A stretch of 47,699 nucleotides of DNA from a virus. Its lineage: Duplodnaviria > Caudoviricetes. Shown here piece by piece: positions 8,698-16,956 of this stretch. Location of the stretch: the IMG/VR virus record IMGVR_UViG_3300042299_000439, positions 1 to 47,699 of that record; one strand, written 5' to 3'. Position 1 is the stretch's first letter. Every line of letters starts with the position of its first letter. The position numbers and the translations under genes are program-made. The notes under the pieces are model-generated. The model had not been told where the DNA came from, did not search any database, and saw only the letters and a program-made list of their open reading frames with translations.

Positions 8698-9573
8698 CTA
8701 TTCTTTAGGAGCTTTAGGAGCTTTAGCAATTGTCGCTGCGGATACTTTCTCGTTTAAAACGATTTCATTAAGAACTTTTAATAGATCTTCTCGATGAAAT
8801 TCACCCATTCCTCGTGGTTTGATTTTAGCCATACGTCGGCTAGAAACAATACCTGTTGGGATGTAATTAGCTTCCACAAGGTTATCAAGTAGACTATCTA
8901 CTTTATCTACACCCAGGAAACCAATCAAAGGAGCTACGTCTGTGTAAACTATTTCTGCACCAGTGTTGTTCAATCCTTGATAAACATCAGATTCAACAAT
9001 CATTTGTCCAAGAGTAGGTGCTGCCATTCCGACACTAGCAGCAGGCACAAAAACGCCTTCGTCGTAATTAACAATTGCAGCAGCTACAGCAACTTCAACT
9101 GTTGTAATGTTACAAGCAGTAATAACGCAAGATGCTGGAGCTAGGCTGAACGACGTTCTTCCTGGGCCTGACTCTGGTCCTTTGATAGATCCATCGTAGT
9201 TGTTGAACTTTCCTTTGTATCCAACAGATCCTACTACAGATAGTCCGTAAGTAAGAATAAGAATGTTTCGTGGTACTCCTTGTTTCATCGAAGCAATGTA
9301 AGAATATCCTTCATATTTAGGATCAACAAACATTTCTCCTGTGATTTCTAAGTCAGATTGTGACTGACTATATTGTTTGTACTTTACCAAAGGATCACGA
9401 GAAGTTTGTTCTTCTTTATCAATGGTGTCATTGATATCAAGATCTCCTGTGACTGCTTTGTTAGCTACCCATACTGGAGTAGCACAATTGCTAGCAACCG
9501 CAGTATCATAGTAGAGAACCATTTCTCTACCTTTACGGTTGCACAGGGTAAGTTCTGCTGTTGTAACTGGCAT
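8698..9573 (-). CDS. Major tail (tube) protein with C-terminal extension
   Basis: 291 aa; the N-terminal ~175 aa has tail-tube-like beta pattern (DLDINDT...EQTSR...LEITGEM); AAGGA SD; position before the chaperones. Confidence 0.75.
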   Translation of the reverse strand: MPVTTAELTLCNRKGREMVLYYDTAVASNCATPVWVANKAVTGDLDINDTIDKEEQTSRDPLVKYKQYSQSQSDLEITGEMFVDPKYEGYSYIASMKQGVPRNILILTYGLSVVGSVGYKGKFNNYDGSIKGPESGPGRTSFSLAPASCVITACNITTVEVAVAAAIVNYDEGVFVPAASVGMAAPTLGQMIVESDVYQGLNNTGAEIVYTDVAPLIGFLGVDKVDSLLDNLVEANYIPTGIVSSRRMAKIKPRGMGEFHREDLLKVLNEIVLNEKVSAATIAKAPKAPKE

Positions 9574-9627
9574 AATTTTCCTTTAAGGATGTTGGAAGAA
9601 TGTTTTCTTAAGCTACGTAAGAATTAC

Positions 9628-10062
9628 TTAAGACCATTGTCGGGCCATACCTACAGAATATTCTTTAGATATTGCTCCACGTTTTTGAAGTTGTTGTAGA
9701 GTATGATTCATATACGATCTTTGTGGATATCGTGTGAATCCTTTTCTACTCATAAAGGTTCCCCCAAATTCATGAATATGAGGGATAGGTTTATTAAAAA
9801 AATCACTTCCAGGAAATTTAACAGGACCAATGATAGCTCCGTTACGATACAGAGAATACATTATAATTCTTAGACCACCACGTGTTTTGGCATATGGCGG
9901 CTTTCCTGGGGAGGAAGTCTTTTGTGATATTCGTAGTGATTTGATTGTTGCACCCCGAATATATGCAGCTAGTCTTTGTAGACCAGCTTTCTTTGAGCGT
10001 GTAACACTCGCATTGAACTTGGTGCTATAAAATACACCCTTGAAGAACCATTTAAGACTCAT
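9628..10062 (-). CDS. Neck/tail-completion protein (HK97 gp10/Ne1-like)
   Basis: Basic 144 aa protein with SSPGKPP..TRGGL, HEFGG and YPQRSYM motifs. Confidence 0.75.
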   Translation of the reverse strand: MSLKWFFKGVFYSTKFNASVTRSKKAGLQRLAAYIRGATIKSLRISQKTSSPGKPPYAKTRGGLRIIMYSLYRNGAIIGPVKFPGSDFFNKPIPHIHEFGGTFMSRKGFTRYPQRSYMNHTLQQLQKRGAISKEYSVGMARQWS

Positions 10063-10086
10063 AAAGACTCAGAGTAAACGAGGACA

Positions 10087-10123
10087 GTGTTTTCATAAAG
10101 CTCGTAAGAGTTTATGAAAATAC
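10087..10123 (+). repeat. Bulged-G hairpin repeat, copy 2
   Basis: GTGTTTTCATAAAGCTC-GTAA-GAGTTTATGAAAATAC. Confidence 0.85.
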
Positions 10124-10130
10124 AGAAACA

Positions 10131-10167
10131 ATGATTTTTAGAAGCTCGAAGAGTTCTAAATAATCAT
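10131..10167 (+). repeat. Bulged-G hairpin repeat, copy 3
   Basis: ATGATTTTTAGAAGCTC-GAA-GAGTTCTAAATAATCAT. Confidence 0.85.
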
Positions 10168-10637
10168 TATATGCACTTTTCTGCTTCTACAGTAAATTCA
10201 GTTAAGACCAGAAAATTCTTTTGGTTCATCTCAACTTCAACAGGAGGTTCTGGTACTACTTCTTTAAGGGTATAAGGCTCAGGTATGTTTCGTATTACGA
10301 ACATATCTATACGCTCCCATAATTCTAAAGCAGCAGAAATATCTCCAGCTTCTGAAACATCTTCGTTTTGGAATGAATCAAGTGGAAGAAGCAGTCCTAT
10401 ACTAAAAACATAATTCATTAAGAATTGTGATCTAGTAGAATTTCTACCTGAAAAATCCATTGGCATATGTTGTACAGGCATAACAAAGAGTCTACGATCT
10501 CTTGTTTGGTACAGTACGTCAGGGTCTAATACTAATACCGCTTGTAAATCTGTGGGAACTATTATGTTCCCCCAATTTTCTGGGGTTGAATTATTTAGAC
10601 TACTAACTATACTAGAACAAAGGGTGAATAGACTCAT
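10167..10637 (-). CDS. Putative tail terminator/neck protein
   Basis: 156 aa acidic alpha/beta protein in the head-tail connector position; ATGA coupling with the upstream gene. Confidence 0.55.
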   Translation of the reverse strand: MSLFTLCSSIVSSLNNSTPENWGNIIVPTDLQAVLVLDPDVLYQTRDRRLFVMPVQHMPMDFSGRNSTRSQFLMNYVFSIGLLLPLDSFQNEDVSEAGDISAALELWERIDMFVIRNIPEPYTLKEVVPEPPVEVEMNQKNFLVLTEFTVEAEKCI

Positions 10638-10993
10638 TGTATTACATTTGCTGAAATGACTACGAAACCATTGTGGTTGTCATTATCAACCACAGTACCT
10701 TTATTGCCAAGCACAGTTTGAAATTTTAGCCCATTAATATTGATTATGTACCCTCTATTTGCTATTAAATTGAGAGCAATGTAATCTTCACGAGCTATGA
10801 GAAATTTATATGTTTGGCTTGATACTTTTATTCTGGCTGAATCTAATAGTGAAACTAAATCTACTGGGGTAAGTTTAACATGTATGAGTTCACTAGCCTC
10901 ATTGTATTGAATTGTTGCATCAAGAGCAGTATGATTAGATACATGTCTTTGTAATTTTTCAATACCAATTTGTAGTTTACTCATATTTTTCAA
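10634..10993 (-). CDS. Putative head-tail joining (stopper-like) protein
   Basis: 119 aa, beta-rich, in the connector position. Confidence 0.55.
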   Translation of the reverse strand: MKNMSKLQIGIEKLQRHVSNHTALDATIQYNEASELIHVKLTPVDLVSLLDSARIKVSSQTYKFLIAREDYIALNLIANRGYIININGLKFQTVLGNKGTVVDNDNHNGFVVISANVIQ

Positions 10994-11005
10994 TAGCTCA
11001 ACAGG

Positions 11006-11509
11006 TTAGAAGAATGTTGGGACTGTTCCGATAGCTGTAACTGGTTCTTGTAGTGAAGCTACTCGAACCCAAGTACGACTAGTTGTGCTAGCTACAACTC
11101 TTTGATTACTACCATTCAATGGATCTTCAAATTTAGCTACTGCACGACCTAAGATGAATCCGTTAGTTGGGGCTGATGCAACAGCACAACCTACGTTGTC
11201 TTGAAGAGCTTCAACATCATACGACCACCATAGTTGATCGTTAGCTAGAACGTCACCTGTATGAGCAGGGTTCATTCGGAAGTCACAAATCCAGTTTGTG
11301 TAGACTTCACCCATTGTGCTAGGCAAAATAAGTTTTGCACATACACAAACCATTTGGTTAATGATGATCGGTTCACCTGGCATAATTGCCAAAGTTGTGG
11401 ATCTATTCCAGTAGTTCATCAACAGACCACTATGTTGACGAATGATACCAGCGGTTCCTACTTTTGTGATCCAATTGTTATTCGAGTAGTTTGTTACTGC
11501 GGTTGGCAT
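11006..11509 (-). CDS. Putative capsid cement/decoration protein (DUF2190-like)
   Basis: Follows the capsid gene; pattern AIMPGEPIII...GDVLANDQLWW...ILGRAV...WVRV resembles DUF2190; strong AGGAG SD. Confidence 0.6.
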   Translation of the reverse strand: MPTAVTNYSNNNWITKVGTAGIIRQHSGLLMNYWNRSTTLAIMPGEPIIINQMVCVCAKLILPSTMGEVYTNWICDFRMNPAHTGDVLANDQLWWSYDVEALQDNVGCAVASAPTNGFILGRAVAKFEDPLNGSNQRVVASTTSRTWVRVASLQEPVTAIGTVPTFF

Positions 11510-11873
11510 TTTGACTCCTAAGTCTTTTAATTTTAAGTTTTAACAGATCTTCTCTCAGACAGAAATTCCAACATGTAGCATTTAAATCTTCTGAGACTAA
11601 AGATTTATCTAGAATTTGTAAATTGTTACGACAAGTACCATAGTATTTGTCTTTAATTTTGTTGTTACATGTTTTTGGTGTAACTAATACTGTTTCAAAG
11701 TGACGGCAACTATTGCAAGCCTGCAAGGGGGGTGGTCCTTCAACCACCATCCCTACATCATATTTTGTAACTAGAGGATCTAAATAGACATCTTTAGATT
11801 CACTACAAGTTATATCAGAATTAGCTTCTGGCTCGCAAGATGAAGAGTCGTTCTCGTTCGTTGATCTTGACAT
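11478..11873 (-). CDS. Hypothetical Cys-containing (possibly Zn-binding) protein
   Basis: CNSCRHF...YGTCR...ATCWNF pattern; overlaps both neighbours; true start uncertain. Confidence 0.5.
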   Translation of the reverse strand: MSRSTNENDSSSCEPEANSDITCSESKDVYLDPLVTKYDVGMVVEGPPPLQACNSCRHFETVLVTPKTCNNKIKDKYYGTCRNNLQILDKSLVSEDLNATCWNFCLREDLLKLKIKRLRSQNANRSNKLLE

Positions 11874-13905
11874 CCCAGTATCCTCTTACACCCATACCGA
11901 GCATGTCTCCTGGGAGGTCGATAGATTCGATTGTTGGTCGTTTCTTGCCTCGAAGGAAATTGATCGTGTATGGTGATGCTTTCTTAGAAGAAGGCCACAG
12001 AATCCAACTGCTAGAATGAACGAATGTACCTGATCCTAGCAAACTAGTGTTTGACATTTGCAAGAACTTAGCATAATCCATTTTACCAAACCAGAAGTTT
12101 TTATCTCCTGTCTTGGTGTTAGATGTGGTATCGTTAACAATACGATCTTGCTTAAGGATATCCCAAGCTGTTTCTTCCAAAGCTGGACCTGTAATCAAAG
12201 TCCATTTATCAGTTTGCATCTGATTGATTGACTTGGTACCACGAGTTTCAATGTAGTCTTGAACTGCAAGGTAAGCAGTAGACAAGTTAGCTCGGTTAAG
12301 AGCTAGACCTGTACGACTGTTATCTGTATCAACCCAGAAAGTACCGGCAGCAGCAGCTTGGTTAAGCATAAGTTGACCAAGTTGAACGTCTGGATTGAAG
12401 ATAGCTCCTTCAACCATTGCTTCGAGAAGACGAGAGATAACTCCCATATCATCGTTTACAATAGTCTTACGATCAAAACTAACTACTTGACCGATAGTCT
12501 TTAGATCAGATTCGTAACGAGATTCTTCTCCAAATTGGGCATGTGGTAGTTTTCCTTCATTGGAAATTTCTTCCCACAACTCTCCACCACCTGGGCGAAC
12601 TTGTTGTTTCTTACGGAAGTCTTTGTTAGAGTCTTCTTCGCAAGCAGTCATAGCAAATGGTGCAGACAATGCCCATCGTTCTTCCAACATAAAGTCGGTA
12701 ACTCGTTGAAACAAGTTAGGCATATCGAATGTGCTAAATCCACCAGTGTTATTAAATTGCAATGATTGATTGCAATTGTTCTTGATAAACTTACACATGG
12801 TTTCAACGTCACTAAATCCAGTGTATCGACCACCAGAAGAATTAGCAATGTTTACCAAGGATTCCACAAAGGACCACTTGTAATCACTATCGGCATTTTC
12901 GATAAGTTTCTTATCGTAGCCAGCTTTGTCCAATGTCTCTGGTGCAACACCGCATGACAATGCAAATCGAATGGTGATTTCTTGTTCAGCTTTTTGGGAC
13001 TTGTTTTTGATATCAGGCATTTTTGGAAGGCTATTTTCGTATAGCTCAAGTTTGATACTGTTTTCAATTTCAGTAGCACTCTTTCCTTCATCAACCATTT
13101 TATCAATTTTTTCTGCATGTGCTGGATAAGCCATTGATAGCTTAGCTAGCTTAAACAAATCTTTGGTTGAAGGAGCAACAGGAGCTGGTATAGCATTGTT
13201 GATCGGAGCAACTGGAGCAGCAACTGGATTCGAGTTGTTGACAGGAGTCGCTGGGGCAGGAGCTGCAACTGGGGTAGGAGCAGGAGTTTGAGCAGGTGTT
13301 GGTGTTTGTTCTGGGTCCATACTATTTAGTAAATTTACTACCTCTGAATTTTTGGTTGTGAATTCGGTATTGCTATCTCGTCCCATTAACGTGATAGTCA
13401 TTTCTCGAAGTACCGAAGAATTGGCAACGTACATTGGTCCTTCAATGGTACGTCCATTGATGGTTTTCTTTTCTTTTGCAGCCAGCAATGTTATAGAACT
13501 TTTGTTAGCTCTAAGTCCCATTGATGCTTCAAAAGGAAAGTCATTATTGAGAGCTTCTAAGATTTGATCCCTAGCTTCTCCTGGGTAGGAGGCTAAGCCT
13601 TCACCTGATAAGCTGTTTTCTGTTTTAATGATACTGGTTGTGTGTCCAACTGGATGATAATGTTCAGCAAGAATTGGTATCTTATTTTTAAATTTGATAC
13701 CTGCTAAATCATAAACCATTGGATGTTGCAAACCGTAATCACTAAGATCAACAGGTGCTCCTGAATATCCTTCAAAGCTAAGTTTAGTTAAACCACTTTC
13801 TGTTTTAGTAGCAGAAGTTGGACTAGACAAAGCAATATCAAAAAATTCAGAAGAAGGTCTAGTCGTCTTCGTCGTCTGTTGATTTAACGAGTTCTTTGTT
13901 GTCAT
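11821..13905 (-). CDS. Prohead protease-scaffold-major capsid fusion (Mu gpT-like capsid)
   Basis: N-terminal protease motifs (EHYHPVGH, EASMG, LREMTI), a Pro/Ala-rich linker, then an HK97-fold capsid region (DFRKK...LWEEISNEG...TIGQVVSFDRKTIVNDDMG, LITGPALE, FLRGKKRPTIE). Confidence 0.85.
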   Translation of the reverse strand: MTTKNSLNQQTTKTTRPSSEFFDIALSSPTSATKTESGLTKLSFEGYSGAPVDLSDYGLQHPMVYDLAGIKFKNKIPILAEHYHPVGHTTSIIKTENSLSGEGLASYPGEARDQILEALNNDFPFEASMGLRANKSSITLLAAKEKKTINGRTIEGPMYVANSSVLREMTITLMGRDSNTEFTTKNSEVVNLLNSMDPEQTPTPAQTPAPTPVAAPAPATPVNNSNPVAAPVAPINNAIPAPVAPSTKDLFKLAKLSMAYPAHAEKIDKMVDEGKSATEIENSIKLELYENSLPKMPDIKNKSQKAEQEITIRFALSCGVAPETLDKAGYDKKLIENADSDYKWSFVESLVNIANSSGGRYTGFSDVETMCKFIKNNCNQSLQFNNTGGFSTFDMPNLFQRVTDFMLEERWALSAPFAMTACEEDSNKDFRKKQQVRPGGGELWEEISNEGKLPHAQFGEESRYESDLKTIGQVVSFDRKTIVNDDMGVISRLLEAMVEGAIFNPDVQLGQLMLNQAAAAGTFWVDTDNSRTGLALNRANLSTAYLAVQDYIETRGTKSINQMQTDKWTLITGPALEETAWDILKQDRIVNDTTSNTKTGDKNFWFGKMDYAKFLQMSNTSLLGSGTFVHSSSWILWPSSKKASPYTINFLRGKKRPTIESIDLPGDMLGMGVRGYWDVKINERERLFILRARS

Positions 13906-15340
13906 GAATAATTTGAATTGAAGTTGAGGAACGAGCAGATAGAATTATTTTGCAAAGCTCTTCATAAGTGATGCCCATAAGTTCGGCTTCTCTTGTGAGT
14001 TCTCTTTTGGCATTTAATCCTTCTTCTGCATAGAGGCGAGTTAAAGTATTTGCTCCACTAATTAAGTCTGTTAAACGACTTGATGCTACTTTGTTAGGAT
14101 CAGGGTGGGAAAATAATTGAGCATTACCAATACTGTAAGCTATACCTGATTCATCGATATACTTATTAGTAATTTCTCTAAAATAACCTGGAATCATTCT
14201 ACCCATTCTAAGCCACATCTTGAAAAACCTGTGAATCACAACAGAGAAATCTTCTCTATCTATCTTTACAGTATTTTTCCAAGGACCAAGATCTACTTGG
14301 GAAGCTGCCATATTAAGTTTAGCACTGTTACCAATTGCTAAATTAAGTGGCATATTAACACAGCGAGCAGCAGATCCTACCATTGCATCAATAGCATTGA
14401 TATCTTCTGCTGACGTTCCTGAGTTACTTAAACTCTCCAAGCTCGTTCCTGGGGGAAGTGTAGGTATTTGACCTGGTTCCATTTCCCACATACCTGAAGG
14501 TACTCCATCTGCTATAGCATCTGATTTGCCCCATACGTGTGGATCTAATTTAACAACAATAGGGATGCAGGATTTGAATTCTGCTGATCTTACTAGTGCT
14601 GTTAGATATCGTTGCACAGAAGGGAAGATACATAAAGCTGGGCTACACTCAGGTATACCACGTAACAAAGCTTCATCTTTTTGTTTCCACCATAAAAGAA
14701 TTTTGTTTACTTCAAATTCTTCACCAGTGTCAACCCAAATACGTTCTGGGTTCCAATTCTCGTCGTATTTGATTCCTTCATAAATATTCTCATCAAGTAA
14801 CCGTGAAATTGGTGGATTTTGTAATCTTTCTGATGAAAGAACTTTAAGTCCTAATTTTACATCATCGGCAAAATCATGAGTAATTTTATAAGGGATTCCA
14901 ATAGCAACACCTGTTTTAGCTGCTGCTCTCCTGAGAAGTCGAAATGATTTACCTATTTCATTAAGTTGACAGAATTTTAGCCATTGTTGTTCAATATCAA
15001 TGTTCACAACATATTCTGGTGTTTGTCCAATAATAATTGGGCAAGGACCAATACAATCATTTGCGATTGTATTTAATATACCGTGATAATGACTACCTTC
15101 TTGATCTTGTTCTAATGAAACGCTAACTAATTTTCTAACTGCCCAGGGATGTCGAGTTATATACCTAAACCTATCTTTAGGTATTTCGTTGTAGACTTCC
15201 TTAACAGATCTATTGCTAAATAATCTAGATGATAGTCTAGATATATTTTTAAAAACTTTAATAGTTTCTGTTGCAAGTAGACTGGGTGACGGAATCTTCA
15301 CAACTACAACCTCCTTTCGGTACTGCTTTTGCAAAAGCAA
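13859..15340 (-). CDS. Portal protein, lambda gpB family
   Basis: LLRGIPECSPAL, LPPGTSLE, NLAIGNSAKLNMAAS and HPDPNK motifs; precedes protease/capsid; start uncertain. Confidence 0.85.
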   Translation of the reverse strand: MLLQKQYRKEVVVVKIPSPSLLATETIKVFKNISRLSSRLFSNRSVKEVYNEIPKDRFRYITRHPWAVRKLVSVSLEQDQEGSHYHGILNTIANDCIGPCPIIIGQTPEYVVNIDIEQQWLKFCQLNEIGKSFRLLRRAAAKTGVAIGIPYKITHDFADDVKLGLKVLSSERLQNPPISRLLDENIYEGIKYDENWNPERIWVDTGEEFEVNKILLWWKQKDEALLRGIPECSPALCIFPSVQRYLTALVRSAEFKSCIPIVVKLDPHVWGKSDAIADGVPSGMWEMEPGQIPTLPPGTSLESLSNSGTSAEDINAIDAMVGSAARCVNMPLNLAIGNSAKLNMAASQVDLGPWKNTVKIDREDFSVVIHRFFKMWLRMGRMIPGYFREITNKYIDESGIAYSIGNAQLFSHPDPNKVASSRLTDLISGANTLTRLYAEEGLNAKRELTREAELMGITYEELCKIILSARSSTSIQIIHDNKELVKSTDDEDD

Positions 15341-15722
15341 AGTTAGAGAAATGTGGTCGAACTACTGTTGTGGTTCGTTGTAAATACAAAAGATCTTTTA
15401 AATCATGATCTTCGGTTTCCATATTAGGAGTTTTAATCCTTTTAGGACCAAGAGTATCATTGATTAATTTTATTTCTTCTGCTAATGATCCAGCAACTTC
15501 TGTTGTTATTACAAATGTACCAACACTTTCGTCAAGACTTGCTGGTTGTGTTCCACCTTCAAACACACCCCAGTTACCGTTATCCAGTATTCCGGTCCAT
15601 ATTCCTGGGAGATGTTCGTTTAGTCTTACTTTAGTTGTGGCCCATGTGCCTAATGGATTTGTTAACAAGAAACAATCTATAATTGTTCCTGGAGTGCTGT
15701 CTGTGTATGTAATAGATTCCAT
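15258..15722 (-). CDS. Putative head-completion (gpW-position) protein with extra N-terminal domain
   Basis: Immediately upstream of the portal; C-terminal GPKRIKTPNMETEDHDLKDL resembles gpW-position proteins; ends with a Cys-bearing tail. Confidence 0.45.
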   Translation of the reverse strand: MESITYTDSTPGTIIDCFLLTNPLGTWATTKVRLNEHLPGIWTGILDNGNWGVFEGGTQPASLDESVGTFVITTEVAGSLAEEIKLINDTLGPKRIKTPNMETEDHDLKDLLYLQRTTTVVRPHFSNFAFAKAVPKGGCSCEDSVTQSTCNRNY

Positions 15723-15725
15723 AGT

Positions 15726-16778
15726 TTATTTCCATGTTCCATTTATTTTTATACGAGGAGTGACGACTTTCCAGGTACCATCTTTTATAAAAGCAGTAGT
15801 ATCTTTCCATTCACCATTAACACGTATTTTAAATCCACCTGGTAGTATATCTCCACCTGTTGATGTCAATGATACTGATGCAAGTTGAACAGATAAAGTT
15901 CCTGTTGTTCCATTAACAATTGTGCTAGTAGATGATACTATACAAGATTGTAAACTTCTATTAACTTGTCCTAGAAGTCCTGAAGTAAGTGAACTTCCTG
16001 AGGAGAGAGTTACAGAATCTAGTGTTCTAGTTATATCACCAGATAGACCATTAACAACAGTGCCTGTTGCTGTGATAGTTGTATCACTTAATGTTCTAGT
16101 TACACTACCAACAAGAGCACCCGCAATATTACCTGTAGATACTAAAGTACATGGTTCTAAAGTAACAGAAGTATTACCTGTAGCACCAGCAGCAAGTGTA
16201 CCTGTAGCAGACGAAGTGACTGCATCAAGTGTTCTTGATACTGTGCCGCTTAGACCAGCCGCAACTGTACCTGTTGAAGAGCAAGTGACTTGAGCTAGGG
16301 TCGATGAAACAGAACCAGTAAGTGAACTACCAGTTGACCCTGTTGAGGATAGTGTTGCTCCATCTAATGTACGTGTTACCGTACCTGATGCACCAGCAGC
16401 GACAGTACTACTGGATGATAGTGTTGTGCTGTCAAGTGTTTGAGTCGTGCTACCAGTTAAGCCAGCTGCAAGCGTACCAGAACTAGATAATGTTGCTACA
16501 CTTAGTGTAACCGATACTGTTGCTGTTACTCCACCACCAATTGTACTATTAGAAGACAATGTTAATGTATCTAATGTACTTGTTAGTGTACCTGTTGCAC
16601 CAGCACTTATTGTTCCTGAGGATGATGCAACAATATTTTCTAGTGTTGAATCGACTGAACCTACTAACCCGTTTGCTATTGTTCCTGAGGATGACAACAA
16701 TACGTTGCTAAGTGTTATCGAGGTTGAACCTATAACATCGCTTGTTGCTCCTTGTGGAGCTAATAAAGTTAGTAGCAT
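15726..16778 (-). CDS. Ser/Thr/Gly-rich repetitive fibre-like protein
   Basis: About 12 repeats of ~24 aa (G.v..TL...T.sssGT.a.g); C-terminal RVNGEWK...KINGTWK. Confidence 0.7.
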   Translation of the reverse strand: MLLTLLAPQGATSDVIGSTSITLSNVLLSSSGTIANGLVGSVDSTLENIVASSSGTISAGATGTLTSTLDTLTLSSNSTIGGGVTATVSVTLSVATLSSSGTLAAGLTGSTTQTLDSTTLSSSSTVAAGASGTVTRTLDGATLSSTGSTGSSLTGSVSSTLAQVTCSSTGTVAAGLSGTVSRTLDAVTSSATGTLAAGATGNTSVTLEPCTLVSTGNIAGALVGSVTRTLSDTTITATGTVVNGLSGDITRTLDSVTLSSGSSLTSGLLGQVNRSLQSCIVSSTSTIVNGTTGTLSVQLASVSLTSTGGDILPGGFKIRVNGEWKDTTAFIKDGTWKVVTPRIKINGTWK

Positions 16779-16785
16779 GGTTTAC

Positions 16786-16947
16786 CTACAACGTGCTTAA
16801 CTGCGTTATTGTTGTTTGAGTTTCTGCAATTTCCAAATCAAGCTGAATGATTTTTTCCAGCTCTCCTTGTGCTTCTGCGTGCACTCTCGCATCTTTTAGT
16901 CGAGTCAATCTATTGCTTAGAACTCGTATCAAAAATTCGATCGTCAT
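16786..16947 (-). CDS. Small coiled-coil protein (53 aa, not in ORF track)
   Basis: MTIEFLIRVLSNRLTRLKDARVHAEAQGELEKIIQLDLEIAETQTTITQLSTL; fills the intergenic gap exactly. Confidence 0.75.
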   Translation of the reverse strand: MTIEFLIRVLSNRLTRLKDARVHAEAQGELEKIIQLDLEIAETQTTITQLSTL

Positions 16948-16956
16948 GATTATTGG

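Noticed and set aside
10087-10167. Mini-CRISPR array suggested by GTTTT...AAAAC-type repeats here, at 28128/29480 and at 38193/38359
   Set aside because: Copies are non-identical or far apart, with no regular 30-40 nt spacers and no cas operon. The PD-(D/E)XK nuclease sits in an ordinary recombination module.
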